This document shows positions 1 to 9,581 of a stretch of DNA of 43,751 nt, piece after piece. The DNA comes from Candidatus Onthousia faecipullorum (GTDB lineage Bacteria; Bacillota_I; Bacilli_A; RF39; UBA660): NCBI GenBank assembly GCA_018715925.1, contig DVKQ01000030.1, forward strand, positions 1-43,751. Direction: 5' to 3'. The stretch's first letter is position 1. Each line of letters starts with the position of its first letter. The notes beneath the pieces are model-generated. The model ran no database searches and was not told the DNA's origin. It was given only the letters and a program-made list of their open reading frames with translations. The position numbers were made by a program, and so were the translations under genes.

Positions 1-341
1 AAATTTTCTATTATTTCCATTTCAAAATATCTCAAAGAAAGAATTTGTCCTAAACTATATTTTCCAGCAATTTTTCTATTTGGAATAGGTAAATTTTCAT
101 CTCTATATTTTTTTAGCCATTCTCTTTGAAATAATAAGGAATCATGTTCAGTTACTTTCTTGCTTTTAGGCTCTAAATCTTCTTCTAAATATTTTTCTTC
201 TATTATTTCACCGATACTTCTATCGTCTTCTTTTTTAGATATTAAAACAAAACTATTGCCTTCTTCTATTGCTTTGTTTATCCATAATTGATTAAATAAA
301 ATTGAATTTTTCTTAGTAATTTTTTCGTTCATTTCTATCAT
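1..341 (-). CDS. hypothetical protein, partial (runs off the window)
   Basis: Manual translation: ATG at 341, just after the mnmE stop, stays open to position 1 (MIEMNEKITKKNSILFNQLWINKAIEEG...). It does not resemble the MnmG N-terminus. Confidence 0.7.
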   Translation of the reverse strand, partial: MIEMNEKITKKNSILFNQLWINKAIEEGNSFVLISKKEDDRSIGEIIEEKYLEEDLEPKSKKVTEHDSLLFQREWLKKYRDENLPIPNRKIAGKYSLGQILSLRYFEMEIIEN

Positions 342-348
342 TTCTTTC

Positions 349-1704
349 TTATTTTCCTACACAGAAGTTTGCAAATAACTCATCTAATAGTTCATCACTA
401 TAACTTTCTCCTGTAATAGAACCTAGTATATCAAATACTTCTTTTAAGTCTATTTCTATTATATCAACAGGCTCATCACTTTCTAAACTAACTTTAGCTT
501 GTCCTAAACTATTAAGTGCTTTCTTAGCTAAGCTTAATTGTCTTTCATTAGCAAGATAAGTATAATCGTCTTCTTTTATTTCTGATAGTTTAAACATACT
601 CTTTATCTCTTCTTTTAATGGTTCTATTCCATCTAGGGCATTAGTATTAGTACTTACAATATGTTTAAAGTCTAATTTATTTTTATCAATTTTCTTAGGT
701 AAATCATTCTTATTTAAAACTATAATAGGATTCTTATCTTTTACTTTATCTAAAATAAACTTATCATTATCATTTAACTCTTCATTTGAGTTTAGTACTA
801 CTATAATAAGGTTAGCTTTGTTTATTAAAGATAAACTCTTCTCTACTCCTATTTTTTCTGCTAAATTATCTGTATCTCTTATACCTGCTGTATCTATTAA
901 AGATAATTCTATACCATCAAAGATAATACTTCCTTCTACAATATCTCTTGTTGTTCCTTCAATATCTGTGACAATAGCTTTATCTTCTTTTAGAAATCTA
1001 TTTAATATACTACTCTTTCCTACATTAGGTCTACCTATAATAATAGTCTTAATACCATTTTTGATAATTTGTCTTTCTTCTGACTTCTTTACTAAACTTT
1101 GTAAATCTTTTTCTAAATCAGTTATTACTTCTTTTAATTCTTTCTTAGTAACTTCTTCTATATCATAGTACTCAGGATAATCTATATTAACTTCAATGTT
1201 TGCTATGACATGTTTTAATTTATCTCTAAAACTATTGATATATTTCTTTAAAGAACCTTCTAGAGATGATAATGCTAGCTTTCTACTATTATCAGTCTTA
1301 CTATCTATTAAGTCCATTACAGCTTCAGCTTCTGTTAAATCTATTCTGCCATTAAGAAAGGCTCTTTTAGTAAATTCTCCTCTTTCTGCTTTCCTTGCTC
1401 CTTTTTCTATTAAAAGTTCAAAAATACTAAGAGTTGTAGCGATTCCTCCATGACAATTTATTTCTACTATATCTTCCCTTGTAAAGGTTTTAGGAGCTTT
1501 CATTACTGTTACTAAAACTTCATCTATATCTTCTTTACCATTATTAATAAAGCCATAATTTATAGTATGAGAATCTACTTTAGTTAAATCTTTTCCTCTA
1601 AAGACTTTATTTACTAAAGGTATAGAATCTTTGCCACTTACTCTTACTATGGATATAGCCCCTACTCCTAATTTTGTTGAAATCGCTACTATTGTATCAG
1701 ACAT
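349..1704 (-). CDS. mnmE: tRNA modification GTPase MnmE/TrmE
   Basis: DTIVAIST start, GRPNVGKSS, GTTRD, DTAG, NKND and C-terminal FCVGK. Confidence 0.98.
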   Translation of the reverse strand: MSDTIVAISTKLGVGAISIVRVSGKDSIPLVNKVFRGKDLTKVDSHTINYGFINNGKEDIDEVLVTVMKAPKTFTREDIVEINCHGGIATTLSIFELLIEKGARKAERGEFTKRAFLNGRIDLTEAEAVMDLIDSKTDNSRKLALSSLEGSLKKYINSFRDKLKHVIANIEVNIDYPEYYDIEEVTKKELKEVITDLEKDLQSLVKKSEERQIIKNGIKTIIIGRPNVGKSSILNRFLKEDKAIVTDIEGTTRDIVEGSIIFDGIELSLIDTAGIRDTDNLAEKIGVEKSLSLINKANLIIVVLNSNEELNDNDKFILDKVKDKNPIIVLNKNDLPKKIDKNKLDFKHIVSTNTNALDGIEPLKEEIKSMFKLSEIKEDDYTYLANERQLSLAKKALNSLGQAKVSLESDEPVDIIEIDLKEVFDILGSITGESYSDELLDELFANFCVGK

Positions 1705-2428
1705 TTTTCTTTGCTCCTATTCTTTTTACTTTATCTTGTTCTTTAGATATACCTAAAGCTTTATGGGCCTCAGTTCCAAAGAAAGCTTCTTTTTCTCTTT
1801 CTGTTAAGTTATCTTTTTTATATAAATATTCTAAATTTATAGATGGTATTTCTCTTATATTTTTTATATCATAATTACAAGGATTTTCATATACTTTATA
1901 AGTTAATATTTCATCTACAACTTTATCATCTTCATAATGAATTTGATTTTGTAAACATTCTCTTACAACATCTATATAATTATTTATCTCTCCAATAGTA
2001 AGTATTGAAGATAGTCCATTTCTTTCTTTTAATTCTATTAGATGTTTTAAAACTTTTTTTGGAGAATAGTATATCTTGTATTTTTTTTCTTTATTATAAA
2101 TAATACCATCTATAGAAGTTAAATTATCTAAGTTTATTAAATCTTCTTCATACTCGCTTAATGCATTTATACTTTCTACATACTGTTTTACTTCTATATA
2201 AGTATTAATTAAATTATCTATTTTATCTTTAATTTCTATTTTTTTTAATCCTCCATAGATTTGATTTATTTTTAAGTTTTCTCTTTTCTTCTCTAAAATA
2301 ATATAACTTTGAACTTTAGGATATTTCTTTAAGTCACTTAAATTTGTTTTTATTTTATCTATTTCAGTTGTTAATAGTATTTTTAAAAATTCTAAATCAT
2401 TTACATTTTCTGTTACTATTTCTTGCAT
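1697..2428 (-). CDS. hypothetical protein
   Basis: 243-aa ORF with a strong RBS (AAGGAAGGTG), overlapping the mnmE start; no family recognised. Confidence 0.75.
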   Translation of the reverse strand: MQEIVTENVNDLEFLKILLTTEIDKIKTNLSDLKKYPKVQSYIILEKKRENLKINQIYGGLKKIEIKDKIDNLINTYIEVKQYVESINALSEYEEDLINLDNLTSIDGIIYNKEKKYKIYYSPKKVLKHLIELKERNGLSSILTIGEINNYIDVVRECLQNQIHYEDDKVVDEILTYKVYENPCNYDIKNIREIPSINLEYLYKKDNLTEREKEAFFGTEAHKALGISKEQDKVKRIGAKKNV

Positions 2429-2537
2429 ATAACACCTTCCTTTCCTTTTTCAATCTTATTATTATATAGATATTTTGTGATACTGTAAAGGTAAACAAGG
2501 AAAGTTTTTTAAATTAGTCACTTTTTTACAAAAAAAC

Positions 2538-3146
2538 CTAATCACGAGGTTTTATAACAACACAGCGATTAGGTTCTTCTCCTACACTTTCAGTATAAAC
2601 ATACTTATTATTATTTAAAATATTATGAACTAGTCTTCTTTGATATGAGTTCATAGAGTCCATTTTTACTTCTACCTTTGTTTCTTTTACTTCTCTTGCT
2701 AACTTCTTGGCAAGTCGCTCTATTCTTCTATCATTTTTTTCTTTATAATTACTAACATCTATCAAAAAACGATAGTTTGTATTTATTTCTTTTGTAAGAA
2801 TAGCATTTACTACAGTTGTTAAAGCTTTTAAGTTCTTACCATCTTTTCCTATTAGTAAAGCATCATTAGTAGAATATAGACGGTATGTTGGAGTATCATT
2901 ATTAACTGTTATTTCTAAATCTATTTCAAAGCCCATATCTTTTAAAAGAGATTTTATTATTTTTTTTAGATACTCTTTTACTTCTCTTTTTTCTATTACT
3001 TCTATCTCTACTTTTTTAGATAGAAGTGTTTTCTTTTCTTCTTTTGTAGTTATTATTAAGTTTTCTTCTAATTCTTGTAACTCTATCTTAGCTTTATTAA
3101 CAGCTTCTTCATACGTTTTTCCAGTAAATTCATGTTTATTTACCAT
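2538..3146 (-). CDS. jag: RNA-binding protein Jag/EloR/KhpB
   Basis: Jag-N (FTGKTYEEAV), KH (LLIGKDGKNL) and R3H (RRLVH...ESVGEEPNRCVVI) segments; synteny with yidC. Confidence 0.96.
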   Translation of the reverse strand: MVNKHEFTGKTYEEAVNKAKIELQELEENLIITTKEEKKTLLSKKVEIEVIEKREVKEYLKKIIKSLLKDMGFEIDLEITVNNDTPTYRLYSTNDALLIGKDGKNLKALTTVVNAILTKEINTNYRFLIDVSNYKEKNDRRIERLAKKLAREVKETKVEVKMDSMNSYQRRLVHNILNNNKYVYTESVGEEPNRCVVIKPRD

Positions 3147-4065
3147 GTTTTTCCATCCCCCTTTGTACTACAATATTTTGAACTATAGCGAAGATATTAC
3201 CTACTGACCAATATATTCCTAAAGCGGATGGCATAAAGAATGCTGTTATAATAATGATTGCACTCATCATAATAGGCATCATCTTCATAGATGGATCACT
3301 TGCTTGGTTACTAGTTGTTTTAAACATAAAGATTGTTGAACCACCAATTATTATTAGAAGGATTATATACATATAGAATGTTTCTGTTCCAAACCCTACT
3401 AATGGAGTTGTTCCTAATTGTATTCCTAAAAAGTTTTCTTCAAATATTGCTGGTACCCTATTTATTGCTTCTAAGAATGCTAATAATAGAGGTAGTTGAA
3501 TAAATGATATTAAACAACTTGTTAATGGATTAAAATTATATTTTTTATAAACCATCATCATTTCTTGATTTTGTCTTAACATAGAATCTTGATCGGTTTT
3601 ACCTTCATATTTCTTTTGGATTCTTGCTAGTTCTGGAGAAGCTTTTTTCATCATTTCACTTTGAACAGCCATTTTTCTTGTAAATGGGAATAGTATTAAT
3701 CTTATTATAATAGTTATTATTATTATGCTAAGTGCAAAACTTCCTATATATTTACCTAAAGTTAAGATTATAAATGCTAATGGTTTAACAAATATTCCTG
3801 TCCATAGTCCATCATATTCTGTCGAACCTGGTGTAAATTCTGAACATTTTGGTAAGTCTTTTAGTTTAACACCATTTTCTTCATATAACTTTCTTGTTTG
3901 TTTATTTTCTGGTTGACATAATATATTTTCTGTTAATGATTGACCTGTTTCTGGATTTTGTACTGCTTTATTATCTTTATCTACTAAAGTTGTGGTACAT
4001 CCTGTTGCTAGAAATAATAACATTACTATAATGATAATTTTTGATTTTATTTTTCTTTTCTTCAT
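3136..4065 (-). CDS. yidC: membrane protein insertase YidC/SpoIIIJ
   Basis: Lipobox LATGC, TIIIRLILFP, IQLPLL and LGIYW motifs; synteny. Confidence 0.96.
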   Translation of the reverse strand: MKKRKIKSKIIIIVMLLFLATGCTTTLVDKDNKAVQNPETGQSLTENILCQPENKQTRKLYEENGVKLKDLPKCSEFTPGSTEYDGLWTGIFVKPLAFIILTLGKYIGSFALSIIIITIIIRLILFPFTRKMAVQSEMMKKASPELARIQKKYEGKTDQDSMLRQNQEMMMVYKKYNFNPLTSCLISFIQLPLLLAFLEAINRVPAIFEENFLGIQLGTTPLVGFGTETFYMYIILLIIIGGSTIFMFKTTSNQASDPSMKMMPIMMSAIIIITAFFMPSALGIYWSVGNIFAIVQNIVVQRGMEKHGK

Positions 4066-4075
4066 ATAATGCTCC

Positions 4076-4402
4076 TTACTTAATTTTATCTAATAAATAT
4101 TGTAAGCTGCTAGATAGTTCTTGATAAGATAGTTTTAGACAGCTGTTTCTTATAATTATAATACAATTATAGTTTTTTTCATAGGTTTTGTTATAGATTC
4201 TTATAATTGCTCTAATCTTTCTTTTTAGGTTATTTCTAATATGAGCCTTCCCTACTTTCTTTGGAACTGTTATTCCATACATAGTAGGAGAATCTTTCTT
4301 TTCTTTATAAAAAATAACAAAGTTATAGTTTTTGATTTTTTTACCTGTTTCTATTACTTCATCAAAGATTCTACTTTCTTTTACTATATACTTCTTGTTC
4401 AT
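4076..4402 (-). CDS. rnpA: ribonuclease P protein component
   Basis: GITVPKKVGKAHIRNNLKRKIR (RNR-like motif); lies after rpmH. Confidence 0.95.
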   Translation of the reverse strand: MNKKYIVKESRIFDEVIETGKKIKNYNFVIFYKEKKDSPTMYGITVPKKVGKAHIRNNLKRKIRAIIRIYNKTYEKNYNCIIIIRNSCLKLSYQELSSSLQYLLDKIK

Positions 4403-4419
4403 ATAATCACCTTAAAGTT

Positions 4420-4442
4420 AAAAAAACACTGCAAAAACAGTG
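4420..4442 (-). terminator. intrinsic terminator after rpmH
   Basis: Minus strand CACTG-loop-CAGTG followed by a T run. Confidence 0.6.
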
Positions 4443-4446
4443 AATT

Positions 4447-4575
4447 TTATTTTACTAATTCTTTACGTCCCTTCTTACGACGAGCATTTAAAATATTACC
4501 AGCACTTGCTTTACGAGCGAAGAATCCATGTTTCTTTGCTCTTCTTCTTTGGTTTGGTTGATATGTTCTTTTCAT
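4447..4575 (-). CDS. rpmH: 50S ribosomal protein L34 (42 aa)
   Basis: [21 protein letters not shown]...; GGAGGTG RBS places the start at 4575. Confidence 0.97.
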   Translation of the reverse strand: MKRTYQPNQRRRAKKHGFFARKASAGNILNARRKKGRKELVK

Positions 4576-4605
4576 TATAACACCTCCAGACTTGAAATCT
4601 ACATT

Positions 4606-4635
4606 ATTATAATAGGTAGTGATTATCTTTGTCAA
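4606..4635 (-). promoter_or_regulatory. sigma-A promoter of the rpmH operon
   Basis: TTGACA-18 bp-TATAAT on the minus strand. Confidence 0.7.
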
Positions 4636-4888
4636 GAAATTATTTTAACGACTTCTCCCTTTTCTTTTTTCATTCTCTTTTGTATCATCACTATTATATT
4701 AAAGATAATTCCCTGAAATAAATCATCATTTTCTCCTAATGACTTTAAAGGGGCAACATATGTTAATTTAATGCCCAGTTCTTAAAGTTTGGATTACATA
4801 CTTTTCTCTATTTCTTCTAATGTAAATTTACCTAAATTATGACATATAACTATCACTGCTCTTTAAATTTTATCATATTTTTTTTACT

Positions 4889-5063
4889 TTTTCCACTATT
4901 TCCACATGGTGTGGAAAAGAAATATTAACTTGTGAATTTAAAATTTGTGGAAAATGTGGAAAACTCTATTTTTTGTTGATATTTGTCGATTTGAACTGTG
5001 GAGAAATTTGTCGAAAAATTGTGGAAAACTAAAAATTTGAAAATTCCTATTCCTTTTTCCACA
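4889..5063. promoter_or_regulatory. oriC upstream DnaA-box cluster
   Basis: TGTGGAAAA at 4910, 4946, 4955 and 5020; TTTTCCACA at 5055; near-matches at 4889, 4898, 4997 and 5009; gene orientation switches here. Confidence 0.92.
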
Positions 5064-5115
5064 AATTTAGAGTATTATAATGGTAATTTAGGAAATTCAG
5101 GTGGGAGGTGATAGG

Positions 5116-6489
5116 GTGAATGTCGAAATTCTATGGCAAAATGTTCTGAAAGAGATAAAAGATGAACTTTCATCCTTAGCTTTCGACACTTGGTTTAGTG
5201 ATGTTAAACTTATTAGTTTAGATAATGGGGTCGCGACTATTGAAGTTCCTATGTCTATTCATAAAAAGCATTTGTCTGATAACTATTTTGAACTTATAAA
5301 AATGTCTTTAAATAAAGTTACGGGAACTAATTTTGAGTTAGAGTTTTTACTGCCAGATGAGATAGATAATAAAAAGATAGAAAAAGAGAAGGAAGAAGAA
5401 AAGGTAAGAGAGGAGGGAGTTCCCAAATCTTTTAAAAACCAATCTAATTTAAATCCTAAATATAATTTTGATAACTTTATAGTAGGTAATAGTAATAAGT
5501 TTGCACAAGCAGCGGCTTTATCTGTTGCTGAAAATCCTGGTAAAATGTATAACCCCTTGTTTATATATGGAAATAGTGGATTAGGTAAGACACATTTAAT
5601 GCATGCAATAGGAAATTATATTGTGGAAAATTCTAATAGAAGAGTTCTTTATGTTACAAGTGATCAGTTTAGAGATGATTTTGTTGGTATTAATAAAAAA
5701 GACGAGAAGGGGACTAACTTCAGTTATATAGACTTCTTTAAAAATAAATATAGAAATATAGATGTCTTAATAATTGATGATATTCAATTTCTTGGAGGAG
5801 CGACACAAACTCAACAGGAGTTTTTCCACACCTTTACTAATCTTTATAATGACTCAAAACAGATAATTATATCTTCAGATAGGTCTCCTAATGACTTAAA
5901 ACTCTTAGAAGAGCGACTTAGAACAAGGTTTTGTTGGGGCCTTACTGTTAATATTTATCCACCTGATTTTGAACTTAGGAAAGAAATTCTTCGTAAGAAA
6001 ATAATAGCAGGTAACTTTGAAGCAGAGATTCCAGAAGATGTTATTGAATACATTGCTTCTAATATGGGAAGTGATGTAAGACAGTTAGAAGGCTCTATCA
6101 CTAGACTTGTTGCTTATTCAACTATTATGGGAGGGGCGAGTATTGATATAAATCTTGCTATTGAAGCTTTGAAAGACTTTATTAGTAAAGGACTTAGCGA
6201 AAAGAATGATATTACTAGGATTCAAAAGATAGTGGCAGAGTATTTTCAGATATCTGTTGAAGATATAAGAAGTAAGAAAAGAAGTAGTAATATTGCTTTC
6301 CCAAGGCAGATTGCAATGTATTTGTGTAGAAAACTTACTAGTGAATCTTTTCCTAAGATAGGGACAGAGTTTGGAGGAAAGGATCACTCTACAGTTATGC
6401 ACTCCGTTGAGAAAATAGAACAAGAGATTAAAAATAATAGTGATTTAGCAGGGATTATTAAAAAATTAGAAGATGATTTGAAACCATGA
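5116..6489 (+). CDS. dnaA: chromosomal replication initiator DnaA
   Basis: YNPLFIYGNSGLGKTHL, IDDIQF, GGKDHSTVMH; GTG start at 5116 after GGAGGTG. Confidence 0.99.
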   Translation: MNVEILWQNVLKEIKDELSSLAFDTWFSDVKLISLDNGVATIEVPMSIHKKHLSDNYFELIKMSLNKVTGTNFELEFLLPDEIDNKKIEKEKEEEKVREEGVPKSFKNQSNLNPKYNFDNFIVGNSNKFAQAAALSVAENPGKMYNPLFIYGNSGLGKTHLMHAIGNYIVENSNRRVLYVTSDQFRDDFVGINKKDEKGTNFSYIDFFKNKYRNIDVLIIDDIQFLGGATQTQQEFFHTFTNLYNDSKQIIISSDRSPNDLKLLEERLRTRFCWGLTVNIYPPDFELRKEILRKKIIAGNFEAEIPEDVIEYIASNMGSDVRQLEGSITRLVAYSTIMGGASIDINLAIEALKDFISKGLSEKNDITRIQKIVAEYFQISVEDIRSKKRSSNIAFPRQIAMYLCRKLTSESFPKIGTEFGGKDHSTVMHSVEKIEQEIKNNSDLAGIIKKLEDDLKP

Positions 6490-6491
6490 GT

Positions 6492-6615
6492 TGTTGAAAA
6501 GTTTTTGTTTTAAACTTTTTATCCACAAGCATTGTTTTAAAAATTTATGGTATAATATATAGGAAAATTGTAGTTTTCCACATTTTCCACTCTATAAATA
6601 AAAATATATATTAAG
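6492..6615. promoter_or_regulatory. oriC downstream part (dnaA-dnaN): DnaA boxes and an AT-rich unwinding element
   Basis: TTATCCACA at 6519; tandem TTTTCCACA/TTTTCCACT at 6574-6591 followed by an almost pure A/T tract, as in the Bacillus incC arrangement. Confidence 0.85.
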
Positions 6616-6631
6616 AAAGAAGGAATAAATA

Positions 6632-7759
6632 ATGAAATTTACAATAAAAAAAGATGTGTTAATGGAAGCGATTAATAAAGTAAGTAAAGCGATATCAAGT
6701 AGAAATGTTATTCCTGTTTTAGCAGGTATTAAATTTGAACTTACTAGTAAAAAATTAGTTTTAACAGCAAGTGATAATGATATTACTATTCAAACTCACA
6801 TTGATTGTGATAATGAAGAGATTATTAAAGTAAAAGAAGAAGGTAGTATTATTATTCAAGGAAAGTATATTTCTGATATAGTTAGAAAATTACCAGATGA
6901 GTATATAAATATAGAAGTTGTTGATGAACTTAAGATTCTTATTTATACAGAAAATAGTGAGTTTAATTTAAATGGTATTAGCGAGAGTGAATATCCTAAT
7001 ATAGATTTAGGAGAGAGTAAAAGTCATATAGAGCTTTTACCTAGTGTACTTAAAGAAATAGTTAATCAAACTGCTTTTGCAACTTCTATAGATGAGAATA
7101 AAGCAATATTAAATGGTATTAACTTTAATATAACAGGAGATATGTTAGAGTGTAATGCAACTGATTCTTATAGATTGGCTAGAAAAGTTATAAAATTAGA
7201 TAAGGTAAGTAAAGAAAATCAAAATATTGTAATTCCTAGTCGTAATTTAGTAGAATTTACAAGAATTATTGATGATAGTGATGAGATGATAGAAATTCAT
7301 ATCTTTAATAATAAGATTTTATTTAAATATCAAAACCTTTTATTTCAATCACGATTAATTAATGGAACATATCCTAATACATCTAATCTTTTACCAAAAG
7401 ATTATTTAGTTAAATTACACTTTAATATTAATCAATTTTATGATGTTGTTGATAGAGTTAGTATTTTAACTAGTGATAAAGATAAAAATACAGTTACACT
7501 TGAAACTGATGGTAATAATTTAATTATGAAGTCATCTAGTGCTGAGATTGGTAGAGTAGAAGAGAAGATGACTATTACTAAAGATCAGGATATTGATGTT
7601 AAAGTGTCTTTTAGTTCTAAATATATGATGGATGCTTTAAAATCATTTAATACAGAGACAGTAGAGTTGCATTTTGTGGGTGAAATTAAACCAATTTTAT
7701 TAAAAAGTGAAGAGGATGAGAGTCTAACTCAGTTAGTTTTACCTATTAGAACATACTAA
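6632..7759 (+). CDS. dnaN: DNA polymerase III beta clamp
   Basis: ATDSYRL, SRLINGTYP, C-terminal LVLPIRTY. Confidence 0.99.
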   Translation: MKFTIKKDVLMEAINKVSKAISSRNVIPVLAGIKFELTSKKLVLTASDNDITIQTHIDCDNEEIIKVKEEGSIIIQGKYISDIVRKLPDEYINIEVVDELKILIYTENSEFNLNGISESEYPNIDLGESKSHIELLPSVLKEIVNQTAFATSIDENKAILNGINFNITGDMLECNATDSYRLARKVIKLDKVSKENQNIVIPSRNLVEFTRIIDDSDEMIEIHIFNNKILFKYQNLLFQSRLINGTYPNTSNLLPKDYLVKLHFNINQFYDVVDRVSILTSDKDKNTVTLETDGNNLIMKSSSAEIGRVEEKMTITKDQDIDVKVSFSSKYMMDALKSFNTETVELHFVGEIKPILLKSEEDESLTQLVLPIRTY

Positions 7760-7784
7760 ATTTTGAAAATTTAGGTAAAAAATT

Positions 7785-7806
7785 AAGGAAATTTTCCTTT
7801 TTTTTT
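7785..7806 (+). terminator. terminator after dnaN
   Basis: AAGGAA-ATT-TTCCTT plus a T run. Confidence 0.5.
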
Positions 7807-7896
7807 GCTTTTTTGACAAAAAAATACTATTTTCGACAATATAATATAGTAGACTGATAGCAAAGCAAGAAATTGCTTTTTGAAGGGGGAATTTTT

Positions 7897-8355
7897 ATGA
7901 AAGATTATGAAATTAATGATGAAACTCTTGCTATTATGCCTGGGGGAGATTTATGGGATTCAGTTGTAGTTGAAGATACTTGTAATTATGAGGTTAAGAT
8001 GAAACCTTTAGAAATTGTTGATTATAGTTGTAGATATTTTGGAAGTTCTTATGAAGGAAGAAAAATAGGAGCAGGGGAGATATTAAATAGTGGTTATAAA
8101 TTGCCTGTTATGGTAGAAGATACTAAGAATTTAATTTTTTTTCCTACTACTAGTCCAATAGATGATGATTGTAGCTGGATTTCTTTAAAAAATATTAAAA
8201 ATTATAATAAACTTACTAGTACTAAAACAGAAGTTGAATTTAAAAATGGTAAGGTACTTACAGTAGATATTTCCTATAATTCATTTAATAATCAGGTAAT
8301 GAGAGCGAGTAGATTAGAATCTATTATAAGAAGTCGAAAAGAAAAAGCAAAATAA
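7897..8355 (+). CDS. comK: ComK-family competence transcription factor
   Basis: YEINDETLAIMP, SCRYFGSSYEGR, KLP and FFPTTSP...CSWI match ComK family hallmarks; start corrected to ATG 7897. Confidence 0.88.
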   Translation: MKDYEINDETLAIMPGGDLWDSVVVEDTCNYEVKMKPLEIVDYSCRYFGSSYEGRKIGAGEILNSGYKLPVMVEDTKNLIFFPTTSPIDDDCSWISLKNIKNYNKLTSTKTEVEFKNGKVLTVDISYNSFNNQVMRASRLESIIRSRKEKAK

Positions 8356-8366
8356 TTGCTTTTTTT
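8342..8366 (+). terminator. terminator overlapping the comK stop
   Basis: AAAAAGCAA-AATAA-TTGCTTTTTTT. Confidence 0.55.
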
Positions 8367-8463
8367 CTGTTTATTTAGGGGTAAATATGATATAATATTC
8401 TTGCGTGTATAGGAGTACTAAAATAGGGTGTAGGTGATTATATGGTCGTTATTTTGAGCAATT

Positions 8464-9579
8464 ATGATAATTAGGTCCTTAAAAGTTACGAATTTTCGTA
8501 ATTATGATAAATTTAATATAACTTTAGGTAGTAAAATGAATATTTTTATTGGAGATAATGCTAGTGGTAAAACTAATATTTTAGAATCTATTGCAATACT
8601 TGGACTTACTAAATCCTTTAGAAATGGACTTGATAGCGATGTTATTAAGTTTGGTAAGAAGAAAGCTTTAATAGAAGGTAGAGTTTTAAATAATAAGCAA
8701 ATTAGAGATTTGAAGATAGAGTTTTTAGAGAAAGAAAAAGATATCTTTGTTAACAATAAAAAAATAACAAAGTATGCTTCATATATTTCTAATTTAAATA
8801 TTGTTATTTTTACTCCTAATGATTTAGATATTATAAAAGGATCACCTAGTATTAGAAGAAATTTACTTAATATGACGTTGTCACAAATTTCTTATTCTTA
8901 TTTAGTTACTTATAATGAATATAATAAAATTTTAAAGACACGTAATGAATATCTTAAAATATTATTTACTAATGGGATAGCTGATAAGACTTATTTAGAT
9001 GTTTTAACAGATAAGTTAGTAGAGAAAGCTGTTTTTATTTATCAAGAAAGATATAAGTATTTATCTTTAATTAATAGTTATATTAGTGATATTTATAATA
9101 ATATTACTGAAGATAAAAGAATATTAGAAATAGAATATAGTCCTAATATATCTATTAATTCTTATGAAGAGAAGGATTTAAGAGAGGTTTTATTTAGTAC
9201 TTATAATAAGAATTATAGAAGAGAGTTAAGTAGTGGTATGACGCTATTTGGGCCTCATAGAGACGATTTTTACTTTATTATGGATAATAATATAGATATG
9301 AAGATTTATGCGTCAGAAGGACAACAGAAATGTGCTGTACTAGCTTATAAACTTGCTTCTATTCCAATATTTAAAGAAAATAATGGTAGTAGTCCGGTAC
9401 TTCTTTTAGATGATATTTTTAGTGAACTTGATTTAAATAAGAGAAATAAGCTTTTAAAATATGTTAGTAAAGATATTCAGAGTATTATTACAACTACTGA
9501 TTTAAAGAATATTTCAAAAAAAACTTTAAATGATGCAGTTATTTTTAAAGTTAATGATGGAAAGATTGAGAGGAGTTAA
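8464..9579 (+). CDS. recF: DNA replication and repair protein RecF
   Basis: [37 protein letters not shown]. Confidence 0.98.
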   Translation: MIIRSLKVTNFRNYDKFNITLGSKMNIFIGDNASGKTNILESIAILGLTKSFRNGLDSDVIKFGKKKALIEGRVLNNKQIRDLKIEFLEKEKDIFVNNKKITKYASYISNLNIVIFTPNDLDIIKGSPSIRRNLLNMTLSQISYSYLVTYNEYNKILKTRNEYLKILFTNGIADKTYLDVLTDKLVEKAVFIYQERYKYLSLINSYISDIYNNITEDKRILEIEYSPNISINSYEEKDLREVLFSTYNKNYRRELSSGMTLFGPHRDDFYFIMDNNIDMKIYASEGQQKCAVLAYKLASIPIFKENNGSSPVLLLDDIFSELDLNKRNKLLKYVSKDIQSIITTTDLKNISKKTLNDAVIFKVNDGKIERS

Positions 9580-9581
9580 GT

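Noticed and set aside
4576-4635. N-terminal extension of L34
   Set aside because: It spans the promoter and RBS; the track's TTG start is the -35 box
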